A DNA stretch of 34,761 bases, from the NCBI GenBank assembly GCA_001600815.1, contig BCKZ01000015.1:620001-654761 (forward strand). The letters are read 5' to 3'. Made by a program: the position numbers and the translations under genes. This document shows, piece after piece, positions 22,827-33,621 of this stretch; within the stretch, counting starts at the first letter, position 1, and each line of letters starts with the position of its first letter. The DNA is from Alloascoidea hylecoeti. Its lineage: Eukaryota. Under the pieces are notes generated by a model. That model was not told the DNA's origin and did not search any database. It was given only the letters and a program-made list of their open reading frames with translations.

Positions 22827-23896
22827 ATTCCTTAAATTTATGTATATCTCATTAATGGATGGGTATCCACCTTTCGTCTTATGTTTAATATAAAATTGAT
22901 TACCGATACTTATAATTGGTTATTTATATTATGAGATGTTCTCGTGTTTAGTGATGATTAATGTTTAGTTGAATTAATGTTGATCCAATTCATCATATGC
23001 CAATTGCAAGAAATTTAAACATTAATTAATAATTTTTATCAATCACTTATTTACTTACTTACTTATTTTGGTCAATATAAGCAAGACTGTTTCGTACTTT
23101 AATAAATTTCCTTGACTTTAATATGAAAAATAATCTGCAACTTAATAGCCTTGAGTCACCATTGCACCTGGCTTATAACTACGTTAGATAGTATTACTTT
23201 CACCAATGCAATGATATTTGTTGTTCCGAAGTGTTTTCACAAGCTTAAGGTAGAGAGACTATTTGTGTACCGAAATTAAGTGGAAACTGCACCGAGTTTC
23301 AGAAACACTTTGTGCGTGCATGTGCATTGAAATATTGATACTTTTTAAATATTACAACCGAAAATTTTATAAAATGATAACGAAATTAGATTAAGATATA
23401 TTTATAACAAAGGCCCAGACCTGAAATATTCAATGTTAACGAATGCTGTAATAATATAAAGTGAGGCCGAGGAATTTAAGGAAAGGTGCTGCTGTAGATA
23501 TTAAACTATAATATGGGGCAAGATATACCCTTAATTATTGTAACTGATTGAAATTGCTCAAAAATGAAAATTTTATGATTATAAATATATAATGATATAT
23601 ATGCTCCACTACAGTTATAAATTATATATAAGATTATAAGAACAAAAAAATAAGAAGTAATTAAAGGAAATTTACTACAGTAGGTTGAATATTCCAATAT
23701 TAATATCGAAATCGATGTAAATTGCAATTGGAATACTGCAGTGTAACTTACATGTGTACTATGATTGGATTATGATTGACTTCAGATTTATTTCATCCAT
23801 TGAAATGGTACTGAAAATTAACTTCTTTGAAAGAAGCAGTAAACATTATTAGTAGTATGATTTATAATAAATGGAAATTATAGAAAAGTTGTGTTA

Positions 23897-25699
23897 TCAA
23901 ACATTTTCAACTGCTCCTTGAGATGTACCCTCCGATCTTTCTTCTTCTTTTTCCCTATCCGTGCCGTCATTATTCTCTTCATCTTCACTTTCTTTTGCCT
24001 GTTGTTTTTTTAGTGCTGCGTAACCGTATGTACTATTTTGTCTTAATCTAGCACCATATTTTTCGAACAGCCAAGGCACTGGAACTAAAATAAGAGCAAC
24101 GAATCCAAAAAATGAGGATGCCCAGTCAATACCCATCTTTTGATACATTTGAATTGTGAATAAAGGAAAGACACAAGCTAATAAATAACGTGCAAAATTA
24201 TTTGCTGCAATTGCAGATGCTGCACTCATTGGTGGATATGAAGAAGTAAAATATGTTAATGTTGTAAAGAAAATTAATAATAGGGATGCGCCAAAGGGAA
24301 TCCCGGCTGCAACAGGTGCCATCCAATGAACAGATTTTCTTGCTGTCCAACCTGACCAAAATAAAGCAGGAGGTAATAAGACGCCGCCAATTTTGCAAGG
24401 CAATAACATAAGTTCTGGTGTTAAAGGAATAGGATTTCCATCTTTATCTCTTCTGCCTCTTACTCCATCTGGATTTAATGGATAAAATATTTTTCTATCA
24501 ATATAGATATAGATAAATTCACCAAAAACTAAGCCGATACCAATTCCTATAAAAGGTAAGCCTGATACTCCTTCCTTCATATGATAAACACCATTAAATA
24601 TTAATGGATAAGCTTCAAAAAATCCAAAAAGAATGGCAAAAATAAAAGCTGTATAAATAGATAGAACAGCAACAATAGGTTCAGTAAACAACATAATCAA
24701 TGGTCTTGTCAACATAATTTTTAATAAAGCAATCACTAGCTGTATACCAGACAATTCTGGCTTTTTAATTTTATAATTTCTCTTTTTTGCTCTGTTTCTC
24801 ATAATTTTATGTTTAAAAGTTTCAGGTGCAAGAAGTAAAAATGGTAATAGAACTCCCATAAACATAAGTTGAACCCAAATCGTCCATCTCCAACCTTTTC
24901 TTTCGGCAACAAATCCACCAATAACAGGACCCAATATTGGACCCGCAAATGGAGCAAAACAAAAATAACCCATAGCAATTCCAATCATATCCATATCCCA
25001 AATATCTGTAATGGTACCTCCAGCAACTGCCATAGCAGGAGATGCAAGAAGACCACCGAAAAATCTTAAAATTAGAATACTATATATATTTTGAGATTTG
25101 GCTACTCCAACAGTAAATGCCATTGATAAGGGCAAAGACGTGACATAAATAGCTCTTCTACCAAATAATTCAGAAGCAGGAGCAGCGGCAACTGGTCCAA
25201 GAGATAATCCAAGTATATAAAATGTTAAACCAGATAATGCTATATTTCTTGAACATCCAAACTCATTAATAATATAAGGCACACCAGGGACATATAATGA
25301 TGATCCAAGAGTAACGACTAAACACATGATTGCAACCGTAAATGTTACATACCATTTTTTCCAACTTGGCCAATTATGTGGATCATCACGATCATTTTCT
25401 CCTTCCCACTTCATTGCCCTAATATCGACACCTTCATCTTCATCAGCCCCTCCAGCATTTTCAGTTTCGCTTTTATTATTTATTCGCGATTTGCGGCTTG
25501 CAAGCGATTGTATTCTCTCCAAATCTAATTCATCACCAAGATTATTTGAATTTGCAAGAGATCTCAAAGATTTATAGGTATCAACTCTTTCCAAATAAGG
25601 AGATCCCTCAGCGGGTTCTTTGATGAAAGCTACCACTACTTCTTCATCTATCGGTGTGTGACCTTCAGAGCTAGGCCCTATGTTCGTATTCGTACTCAT
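23897..25699 (-). CDS. TPO4: MFS DHA1-family polyamine/multidrug transporter, Tpo4-like
   Basis: WEGENDRDDPHNWPSWKKWY, CLVVTLGSSLYV, ALSGLTFYILGL, APASELFGRR, LRFFGGLLASPA, KGWRWTIWVQL, PETF..RAKKRN. Closest to recalled Tpo4 among DHA1 members; about 12 TM segments. Confidence 0.88.
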   Translation of the reverse strand: MSTNTNIGPSSEGHTPIDEEVVVAFIKEPAEGSPYLERVDTYKSLRSLANSNNLGDELDLERIQSLASRKSRINNKSETENAGGADEDEGVDIRAMKWEGENDRDDPHNWPSWKKWYVTFTVAIMCLVVTLGSSLYVPGVPYIINEFGCSRNIALSGLTFYILGLSLGPVAAAPASELFGRRAIYVTSLPLSMAFTVGVAKSQNIYSILILRFFGGLLASPAMAVAGGTITDIWDMDMIGIAMGYFCFAPFAGPILGPVIGGFVAERKGWRWTIWVQLMFMGVLLPFLLLAPETFKHKIMRNRAKKRNYKIKKPELSGIQLVIALLKIMLTRPLIMLFTEPIVAVLSIYTAFIFAILFGFFEAYPLIFNGVYHMKEGVSGLPFIGIGIGLVFGEFIYIYIDRKIFYPLNPDGVRGRRDKDGNPIPLTPELMLLPCKIGGVLLPPALFWSGWTARKSVHWMAPVAAGIPFGASLLLIFFTTLTYFTSSYPPMSAASAIAANNFARYLLACVFPLFTIQMYQKMGIDWASSFFGFVALILVPVPWLFEKYGARLRQNSTYGYAALKKQQAKESEDEENNDGTDREKEEERSEGTSQGAVENV

Positions 25700-28573
25700 T
25701 TGAGAAGGAAAACAGTTATAGTAATCGTTCGACTATGATCTCTGAAAATTAAAAGTAGATTAGCTCAAGAGAAAAAAAAATGTATGGAGATATTAAAGAG
25801 TATTTATTGACGCAACTTGACGACATTCTGTTAGTTATATAAAAGAAGATGCATTTAAATTAAGATTTAACTTCAAAATACTTGGTAAAATAAAAAGAAA
25901 TTTCATTACCAATTTCAAGCATCTTGATTATAATCATAATAACAAAAATCTTTTTATTAGTTGATCTCAATTTCGAAATCTAAATAATAATAATCATAAT
26001 AAATTGGTAGAAACTTCACAGTTAATAAAAAATAGTGATATAATTAAATTACAGTATGTAAACTTGAAGAGTAGATACATGTACCCACTTATTGTTATAA
26101 TTCAAATTCTCTGAACCACACAATATAGTGTGTAATACAGTATAGACTGTAGAGCCGAGGTTCAAGTATTGTAAATGATATAGTTAAGGTTGATGAGGTA
26201 GATGCACATTGCACATTGCACATTTGTAATTGTTCCGCTAATGAGAATACGAGAGTAGCCCTGCAGCAGACCCGTTATCTTCAAGAGTGTCAATATTAAA
26301 TATGATATCGGTTTTTTAATTGTAGTAACTCAGGAAGTAATGATACATATTCTCCACACTGTCATAAATATTCTAAAGATTTGATTGATTGTGAACTATA
26401 GAACTTATACGTGATAATGTAGATAAAGCAACTTTCGCCGTCCCTGCAGCTGGGAGAATAGCAATGTTGGTCTATGATCTTAAGTAAAGCTAATTCTTAA
26501 GTTTTTAACAACAAATATTATCATACCTATCTTTTCAATCTCGTATGAAAATTGCAATCAACAGGTTCGATTCTCATGCTGTGCACGTGGCAGTGGTGAA
26601 TTACTATGATTTCCATTACACAGTGCTATAATTTTGTTCAAGTATAGATTAAATAATTCTGTCCACTAGAAACGTATCCATCACCCAGGCTTTAGAAGTG
26701 CTATACATGTAATATAATTAGAGTATGAAATAGAGTTGTAATTGATTTTCAGACGTTGACTGTTGAATGTGAACGTTTCATGTTTAAACTATCATATATA
26801 AAGAGTTTAATTTTCTATTGATAAATGATTAATATTACTTATATAAGCGTTGAATCTCAACCATATAAAACCGAATTATATACCTTACAACTGTAGGTCT
26901 ATAATTAGAGGATCGCTTTTATATCACATGACCCATATATATGCAAATATAGTAAAAGCTTAAGTTTACAATTGCAATATTACACATTAATACATAGGCA
27001 CGTTTATATTTCACTGCGACTAATATCGATGTAGTATATTATAGAGTTTTATAAGTATATAAATACATGATTAGAATTGCATTGTTATAAAACTTTATAT
27101 ACGTGTGTGCAGCCGTTCCTTATAAGCTTACACACATCTTGATCGATATAATATATATATAATACTTATGCACATCACTGAAAAGGAACAACTTTCACTC
27201 CTCGTGCAAAATATGATCACAACCTTAATCATTTTATTTATATATTAAAGACAACAGAAGGCAGATAAATGGTAAAGGTAGATTCTGTAGTTTCAAATTA
27301 ATTGTGATTTTTTTGTCAAATCTTTTGCCCTTATTGCTCTCTCTCTCACTCCACCAACCATATAAATATGTAATTAAGAAAAATCTGTACAGCTATGCAT
27401 ATAAACTCATCATGGTCACTGTATACGCATAACAGCAACATAATTTACCTTATAGATGTATACCTGTATCTGTAAGTTGGGATTGTTCCTCATAGCGTAA
27501 TATGTACAGTTGCATGCATACCAAAATTCCAAATAGTGCATATGCAGTGCGTATAACTTACATATTATAGTCTGAATATAATAGATTACTACATAAAATT
27601 AAGGTGAAAACTCACCTCAATCTTTCTCATATCCAAATTTAAAAAACTTCTTGCGGAAATCTTTCGAGAAAATAAAAAACTTTTTAAGATAAAAGTATGG
27701 GTGTTGACCTACTGTAGGAGCCATCTAAATCTTCATCTGTTTTCATTTAACTCAATGGTTTTGGAAGAATTAGCGTCTTGTATATACATCTACAGTGTTA
27801 TTGATATTAACACCACTAATTGTTTGCAATTGAGAAAAGTGCTCTTTTTTTTGTTTGAAGGGACATGAAAACAAGAATATGCAAAGAAACTGGAGGCAAA
27901 CTTAATTGGTTAAAATTTCGAATATATATACCAGAATCCCAAGGATAATCATTATTCATCTAGTAATCCTCTTGTGATGGTGATGGTGGTAGTGATTCGT
28001 CAACCATCGCTTGATCTGGTATTGGAAGTTCTAGTGACTCCGATTTATAATTGGTGACTGCATATTATTAACCTCATTGGTACCAGCTGCAGGTGGGTTT
28101 CTATATTAAAGTCAGTTGTAGACGGAAGATTATAATAAAAGGACGAGAATGTGGGTCTAATATCCCTTCTACCTTTATTATATTTATATGATTTGAGTAT
28201 TTGTGAATCAAACTCCTTCCTTTTGGAAATCGTTAATAGAGATGACCAGGTGGTATCTTATCATACTAGGGAACCTTTCGACTGCTTCGTTAAACCAGAT
28301 ATCTCCAGCAAGTGCTTCTCTTCTATTTTTGGGGTACCATGAGCTCCATTCTTCGATAGAATGAATATCTTTGTTGTATGTTGGAATGGGATTAATTGCT
28401 ATCTTATTTTGGATAATAATGTGGAAGAAAATCAATTAAAAGAGCTACAGGCCTACACAATTTAGTAATAAAGAAAGTTCATATAAATATAAATCATTGT
28501 TATCTGTTATTATAGCTGTGATGTATAGAAAGTTTCAAACTGTAAGCGCTGATATATTTATAAAATTGCGATG

Positions 28574-28723
28574 AGTGCACTAAGCGCTAGACCATTTCTA
28601 TAACGAACACAAAACAAAGTGTATTTACAAAGTAAAAATGGATCATCATTTGATATTTTTGCTAGTTAGTATCGTTTGTTTTGTGTTCCATGAGGTTTAT
28701 TTGTGGTCTAAAATTAGTAAACT
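28574..28723. repeat. Imperfect ~150 bp inverted repeat (foldback/MITE-like)
   Basis: Perfect 14 bp arms GAACACAAAACAAA (28605-28618) and TTTGTTTTGTGTTC (28675-28688), with further co-axial pairs TAGACCA/TGGTCTA, ACTAA/TTAGT and AGTAAAAAT/ATTTTTGCT. Confidence 0.7.
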
Positions 28724-29021
28724 GACTAAAATATGTAACACTTACGGTTAATGTTAACGTTGGAATGTATACTATGTCTTTACGTAAATGAAATAGTTTG
28801 GTCTAGCTGGAATGAACTGAAATGCAATAAGCCCTTATATCAAGAAATTCACAAAATTCACGATCGAAATTCCAGAAACATAGCTCTACTATAAATTAGA
28901 AGGAATTCGTTGCAACCTCCAGAAATTCCAAAATTAATAACCCAAGATAAGATTAAACAAATGCATGTGTCTCCTTGCTTTTTCTTAATTAATTGTTGAA
29001 AAAAAGAATTCCCAAAACCTA

Positions 29022-30004
29022 CCGGGGTCAGTTCGGAATTAGTACTATGATGTCAAAATACAGACGTGAGGGACGAATCAACAATCTCCCCATGACAGAT
29101 AGCTTCCAAATATGACTCTGCGCATATACATATTTACTGTATATTGAGTCTTTGGGGATTACGCCACGCGTTTTCAATGGGATTTAGGTTTGGAGAGTTG
29201 GAAGGCCAAACTAGCTGAGTAACCTGATATTCCTCCAAAATCTCTCGGGTTTTTTTAGAATTGTAAATGGGAGCATTATCCTGTTGGAACATAGCACCTT
29301 CAAACTCCCGAATAAAAGGTATAGCTACTGGTTTTAACACTTCTTCTATGTATCTCTCAGAATTAATTGCACCAGCATCAAAAACTACCAATCGGGAACG
29401 TTTTGACCCCCAAAGGTTCCCACACCATCACGGAGACATTTTTGGTTTTACATCTTGGTACCATATACTTTGTATTGTATCTATCACTCATATTTTGGAA
29501 GCAATACTTGGGGGCTGTTGAGCCAACTTTTGAGATGGATCATTCACCAGAAAATATTACTTTCTTCCAATTATCAATGGTAAAATGCAAATTCTTAGCA
29601 AACAAGAGTCGGTCAGCTTTGTGTTTATCCGTTGACATAGGTTTCGCTTGCATTTTTTTCCGTTCATAATTGTGTTTCTTTATTGTTCTCCGAACGGTGA
29701 TAGGCGCCACTTCATATCTCCCCGAAGCTGCCAATTCTTTGAAATTTTTTGTTGGGCTTCTTTACAATTCCCTTACTAAGGATCTGCAATCTCGGGGCGA
29801 TAACTTCGGTTTCTTGGAAGCTGTGCTGTATTTATCTACAGTGCCAGTGTTTTTGTAACGTTTCCAGGACGCGTCTTTGCTGTACTTGGATCAACACATT
29901 AAATGAAGGGTTATTAAAGTTTGGCTTGGATATTCTAAAATAAACTTTATAAATAGTTTTACGCGTCGGAGAAAAAAGTCGGCAATGCCACAAATGACCC
30001 ACTG
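29022..30004 (-). mobile_element. Defective Tc1/mariner DNA transposon (Tc1 family, DD34E)
   Basis: Minus-strand frames: WKRYKNTGTV..KPKLSPRD.R.L, ITVRRTIK, NWKKVIFSGE, SVMVW, INSERYIEEVL, FQQDNAP-(34 aa)-WPSNSPNLNPIENAW. In-frame stops near 29763 and 29541, plus frameshifts. Degenerate TIRs TA|CAGTGGGTCATTTGTGGCATT (from 30004, minus) and TA|CCGGGGTCAGTTCGGAATT (from 29022). Confidence 0.88.
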
Positions 30005-30465
30005 TATATATGGATATGCATATTCGCGGAGTTGTAACGTCAGTATTGAAAAGTAAGTTAATAAAAATACTTAACTTCTCAGAAGTAAAATTTAAAGAAC
30101 GAAAAAATAAAAATAAAAAAAGGCCAAATAGCAAAATTCTCAATAATCTAACAGACAAAAACGGAGAACAACTTGAAATTATCCTCAATCTTCTTCAGAA
30201 ATCAATCTTTAATGATCATCTCATTATCTGAATGTAAATCAATATTATCATTGATACTGCGATGCTTGGTAAACTTTATGGCTGAAAAATCCAAAACCTC
30301 ACCACGATTTCACCCATAATATATTTAATTTACCATTTTTCTATCCGATTACTTAATTAGTGTTGTTGTGGTCTTTTTAAATTCATAAAATAGTGTTGAG
30401 AAAGGTTCATCATGCATTAATAGATCCATATTTGAATTCCACACACCCCTTCAACCCAATCCGAC

Positions 30466-30535
30466 AAAAAAAAATAAAAAATAAAAAATAAAAAATAAAA
30501 AATAAAAAATAAAAAATAAAAAATAAAAAAAAATA
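30466..30535. repeat. (TAAAAAA)n heptamer tandem repeat
   Basis: About 8-9 tandem TAAAAAA units. Confidence 0.9.
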
Positions 30536-30771
30536 AGTGAAAGGAAAATTCTATTTGCTATTTATCTATTCGCTCACGTCGTTAAAATTTCCATTTAATG
30601 TTTTTGGCGGTTGGTTGTGTTGGATCAAAAAGGGTGTTGCGAATGAACGTTAACCCATATATAATGTCATTTTGCCTGTCTACCACCATAGTATATTAAT
30701 ATAAAAGATCATATCAAATGATACATAAAAATACATTATATTTTAAAGCAAGCAATTATGTATTGCATATA

Positions 30772-32528
30772 TTACAGCTCTATACTTTCATCACTATCAT
30801 CAGATCCATTAGCTACAGCTGTGGATATAAGTTGTTCTGTTTCACTTGAATTTTCGTTTTCAACCTCGTCTTTTTCTTCTTCGCTTGATTCAACTTCTTC
30901 GTCTTCGTCCTCATCATCATTAGTATCACCATCTTCATTAGTATCACCATCTTCATTATTTCTAATTACTTCAGGACTTAATTTTTTCCTCTTCGTTGAC
31001 TTTTTTCTACTTTCTTTATATAAAAAACTTTCAATTTCTTCTAACGCTTCGACAGGCATCATTTTATGAGCAATGGAGAATAATGAAAATCCCTTACTAT
31101 TTTTATTCTCATTAGCAACACCATTTATCTTCCGAGTATTAAATAATCTTTGTCGTTTTAATAATGCAATAACATCATCTGCAGATATTGTTTTTCGTTT
31201 TGCATGCATTGAATAAGCTTCTAAATCCTCAGCTTGTTGTTGAAAAAATTCTAAAGATGTTTCTTGAATTTTTAATAATGCATCTTTTGATATTGTCATT
31301 TTGGGATTTGAAAAACTTCTTGTTACTGATTTTATGAAAGATAATGGTATTGTTGTACTTGGAGGTGTTCTTTTCTTTAATGGTTGCCTAAATCGAAGAA
31401 GAAAAAAACGTTAGAAAGAGAAATTATTATAATTAATGAATCAATATTACATACTTTTTTAAAGGAGTCGGTATTGAAAGAAGAGTTGAGGGGTTTGAAA
31501 AGTCATGGTTATCGAAATTATATTCTTGGGCCATTTCTTCATTATCTTCATAGTTGAAATTGTCAACGTCACCATAACCGTCATTATCATCGCTATGGTT
31601 TGATATCGTTGTTTTCCGATTTATATTAAATTTATAAGTATCGTCTTCTATTGGAAAATCCATATTTTGATCATCATCAAACTCAAGTTGGTCATCTAAA
31701 ACACCTTCAGGAACAGCAAGATCAGAAAAGATATCACTGATCCGAGGGATAACTTCACTTAATCGACTATGATAAAGATCTCTTCGATTTTCAACATCAG
31801 TCTGGGGTGCAATTGTAGGCTGGGAACTAGAGAATCGAGTTGGTATTATTCGATCGTAAGAAACTTCTGAATTAGATGGCGATTGATTTTTATTTTGAAC
31901 TGAGTCTGATTCCATATCTATATAATTTTCATTTTCATTTTCTTGTTGTTCCTGTGCTTTTTGTTCTTCAATTCGTCGTTGTTGTTTTTCAATCTCTTCC
32001 TTCTTTGCCTGCTCTTCTAACACCTTTCTTTTTTCTTCATCTTCGATTTTCTTCCTCTCTTCCTTTTTTTTATTCTCATCCTTTAATATCTGACTTAAAA
32101 GTCTTAATTCATCCCTCGGCGTCCTTGCAAATAATCCTGCTCCTCCAAAAAGCCCTCTTCTTTGTGGAGTTGTCTTTTGATAGGCTCTAATAGCGTGTGG
32201 TGTAGTAGGCCTTGGATGGGCTGATCTAGAACGTGATCGGGATCGTGGTCTTCTGGAACGACTTGATCGTATCGTTGATGGGGGAGAATGTGATTTTGCT
32301 CTGTTATATGGAGTTACGGGTATATCTGATCTAATTGCTTTATCCTGTATAAAAGAAGATGATAGTTCTTTTAGCTAAAACATTGAAAGTATCACGATAT
32401 AAGTTAGTTTTCTGTCGTATCATATATGTATGATTTAAAGAACATACATTGGCATAAGGTGTTTCATTATTTAGATTCTTCTTTCCATCCACGTTAACCT
32501 CCTTTTGAGGTGTAGACACTTTATTCAT
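30772..32528 (-). CDS. Kinetochore protein CENP-T (Cnp20/Cnn1 family); exons 32528-32448, 32374-31455, 31387-30772
   Basis: Introns 32447-32375 (GTATGT..ACTAAC..TAG) and 31454-31388 (GTATGT..CTAAC..TAG) join three track ORFs into one frame. N-terminal motifs TPYAN|LKELS, TPHAIRA and TPRDELRLLSQIL; many TP sites; C-terminal histone fold ISKDALLKIQETSLEFFQQQAEDLEAYSMHAKRKTISADDVIALLKRQR. Confidence 0.88.
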
Positions 32529-33411
32529 TCCTTTTTCGGGGGTTGTACTTTTATTATTTTATTTGTAGATTGCTAACGATTAATTATAACATGGGTATAC
32601 AAATATATATTATATTTTAGCTAATAATTTTTGGTTTTAATTTTCTTTTTATTTATGATTTGTTTACTTTTATCATCTGTGCGGAAGGTTGGGTGCACGG
32701 GTGTTACATCGAGGGCTTTTCAAAGTCTGAAAGATATCGATGATTATATTTTATATAATTATAAATGATTAACTAGAAATAGTACACGTAGATATATCTT
32801 AACATTGACATTGTTATACCCCATTGCAAGCTAAATTTAATGTAGGATGAAAAACTTGTTAAAAAATGTAATGTAAGTGTAGTCATGTGATGCACGTGAT
32901 TCTATTTATACTATTTTTAATTAATCTATAATACTTTCCCGCCTATTCATAAATATTAGCTAAAGTTTTTGGCAATTACAATCTATATCATGGTATAGCC
33001 ATTTAATAATATTTAGAGAAATTAACGCTAATAGTGGTTGCTAAGAAATAATACCGTGTTTCCACTTAATATAGGCCACTTTTGAAGTAATTATCGGCGA
33101 TAATAATATTACAAAGGAAAGAAAAGTGCTTATATTGTACTACTATAGTTAAGTCTATACCTAGAAGAAGAAATCAATTGCTTATGATTTGGCTTTTTGC
33201 AATTGAGTAGCTATAGTGAATAGTGAAAAAGGTCGACACTTAATTATAATGAAATTTATAGGTTAACCACTCAGTTGCAATCAATCAAATTTCTAATAAA
33301 AAAGTTGGCACTTATAAAGAAGATTAAATATAAGGTACAAACAAACGTCGCATATTGTTTTTAATACCATTCATAATAGTATTTATAAGTTTATACTACT
33401 TTTGATATATC

Positions 33412-33497
33412 ATAGTAGGCAGCACACGGGGTTCGAACCTGCAACCAGATCCAGATCTTACCCGGACGCATCATGATCGCGTTGCTGTGGTGACTAT
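33412..33497 (-). other. tRNA-like structured element with a B-box (tRNA relic or extra-TFIIIC site)
   Basis: Minus strand CAGCA-ACGC(GATCATGAT)GCGT-CCGG(GTAAGAT)CTGG-ATCTGGTT-GCAGG(TTCGAAC)CCCGT-GTGCTG folds into a cloverleaf-like shape. B-box GGTTCGAACCC is present; there is no A-box and no oligo-T terminator. Confidence 0.45.
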
Positions 33498-33621
33498 AGG
33501 ATAATGGAGAAAACAAAGATTTTTGTGATGTCTTCTATACGCATTTTTGATCTGTTCTCACGTTTCTCTACTTTTGATACCCCCTTTTTTTAGACCTATT
33601 CTTTTATTATTCAAACCTCCA

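Noticed and set aside
32020..32100. Apparent frameshift in CENP-T at an A-run
   Set aside because: Recounting the bases shows the frame is continuous (ENKKKEERKKIEDEEKRKVLEEQ).
32780..33000. Point centromere suggested by CDEI-like ATCACGTG/ATCACATG
   Set aside because: No very AT-rich CDEII followed by a CDEIII CCGAA core at the expected spacing.
33420..33487. Functional tRNA gene
   Set aside because: No A-box or D-loop GG, a short acceptor stem, a mismatch in the T stem and no terminator. Kept only as a tRNA-like element.
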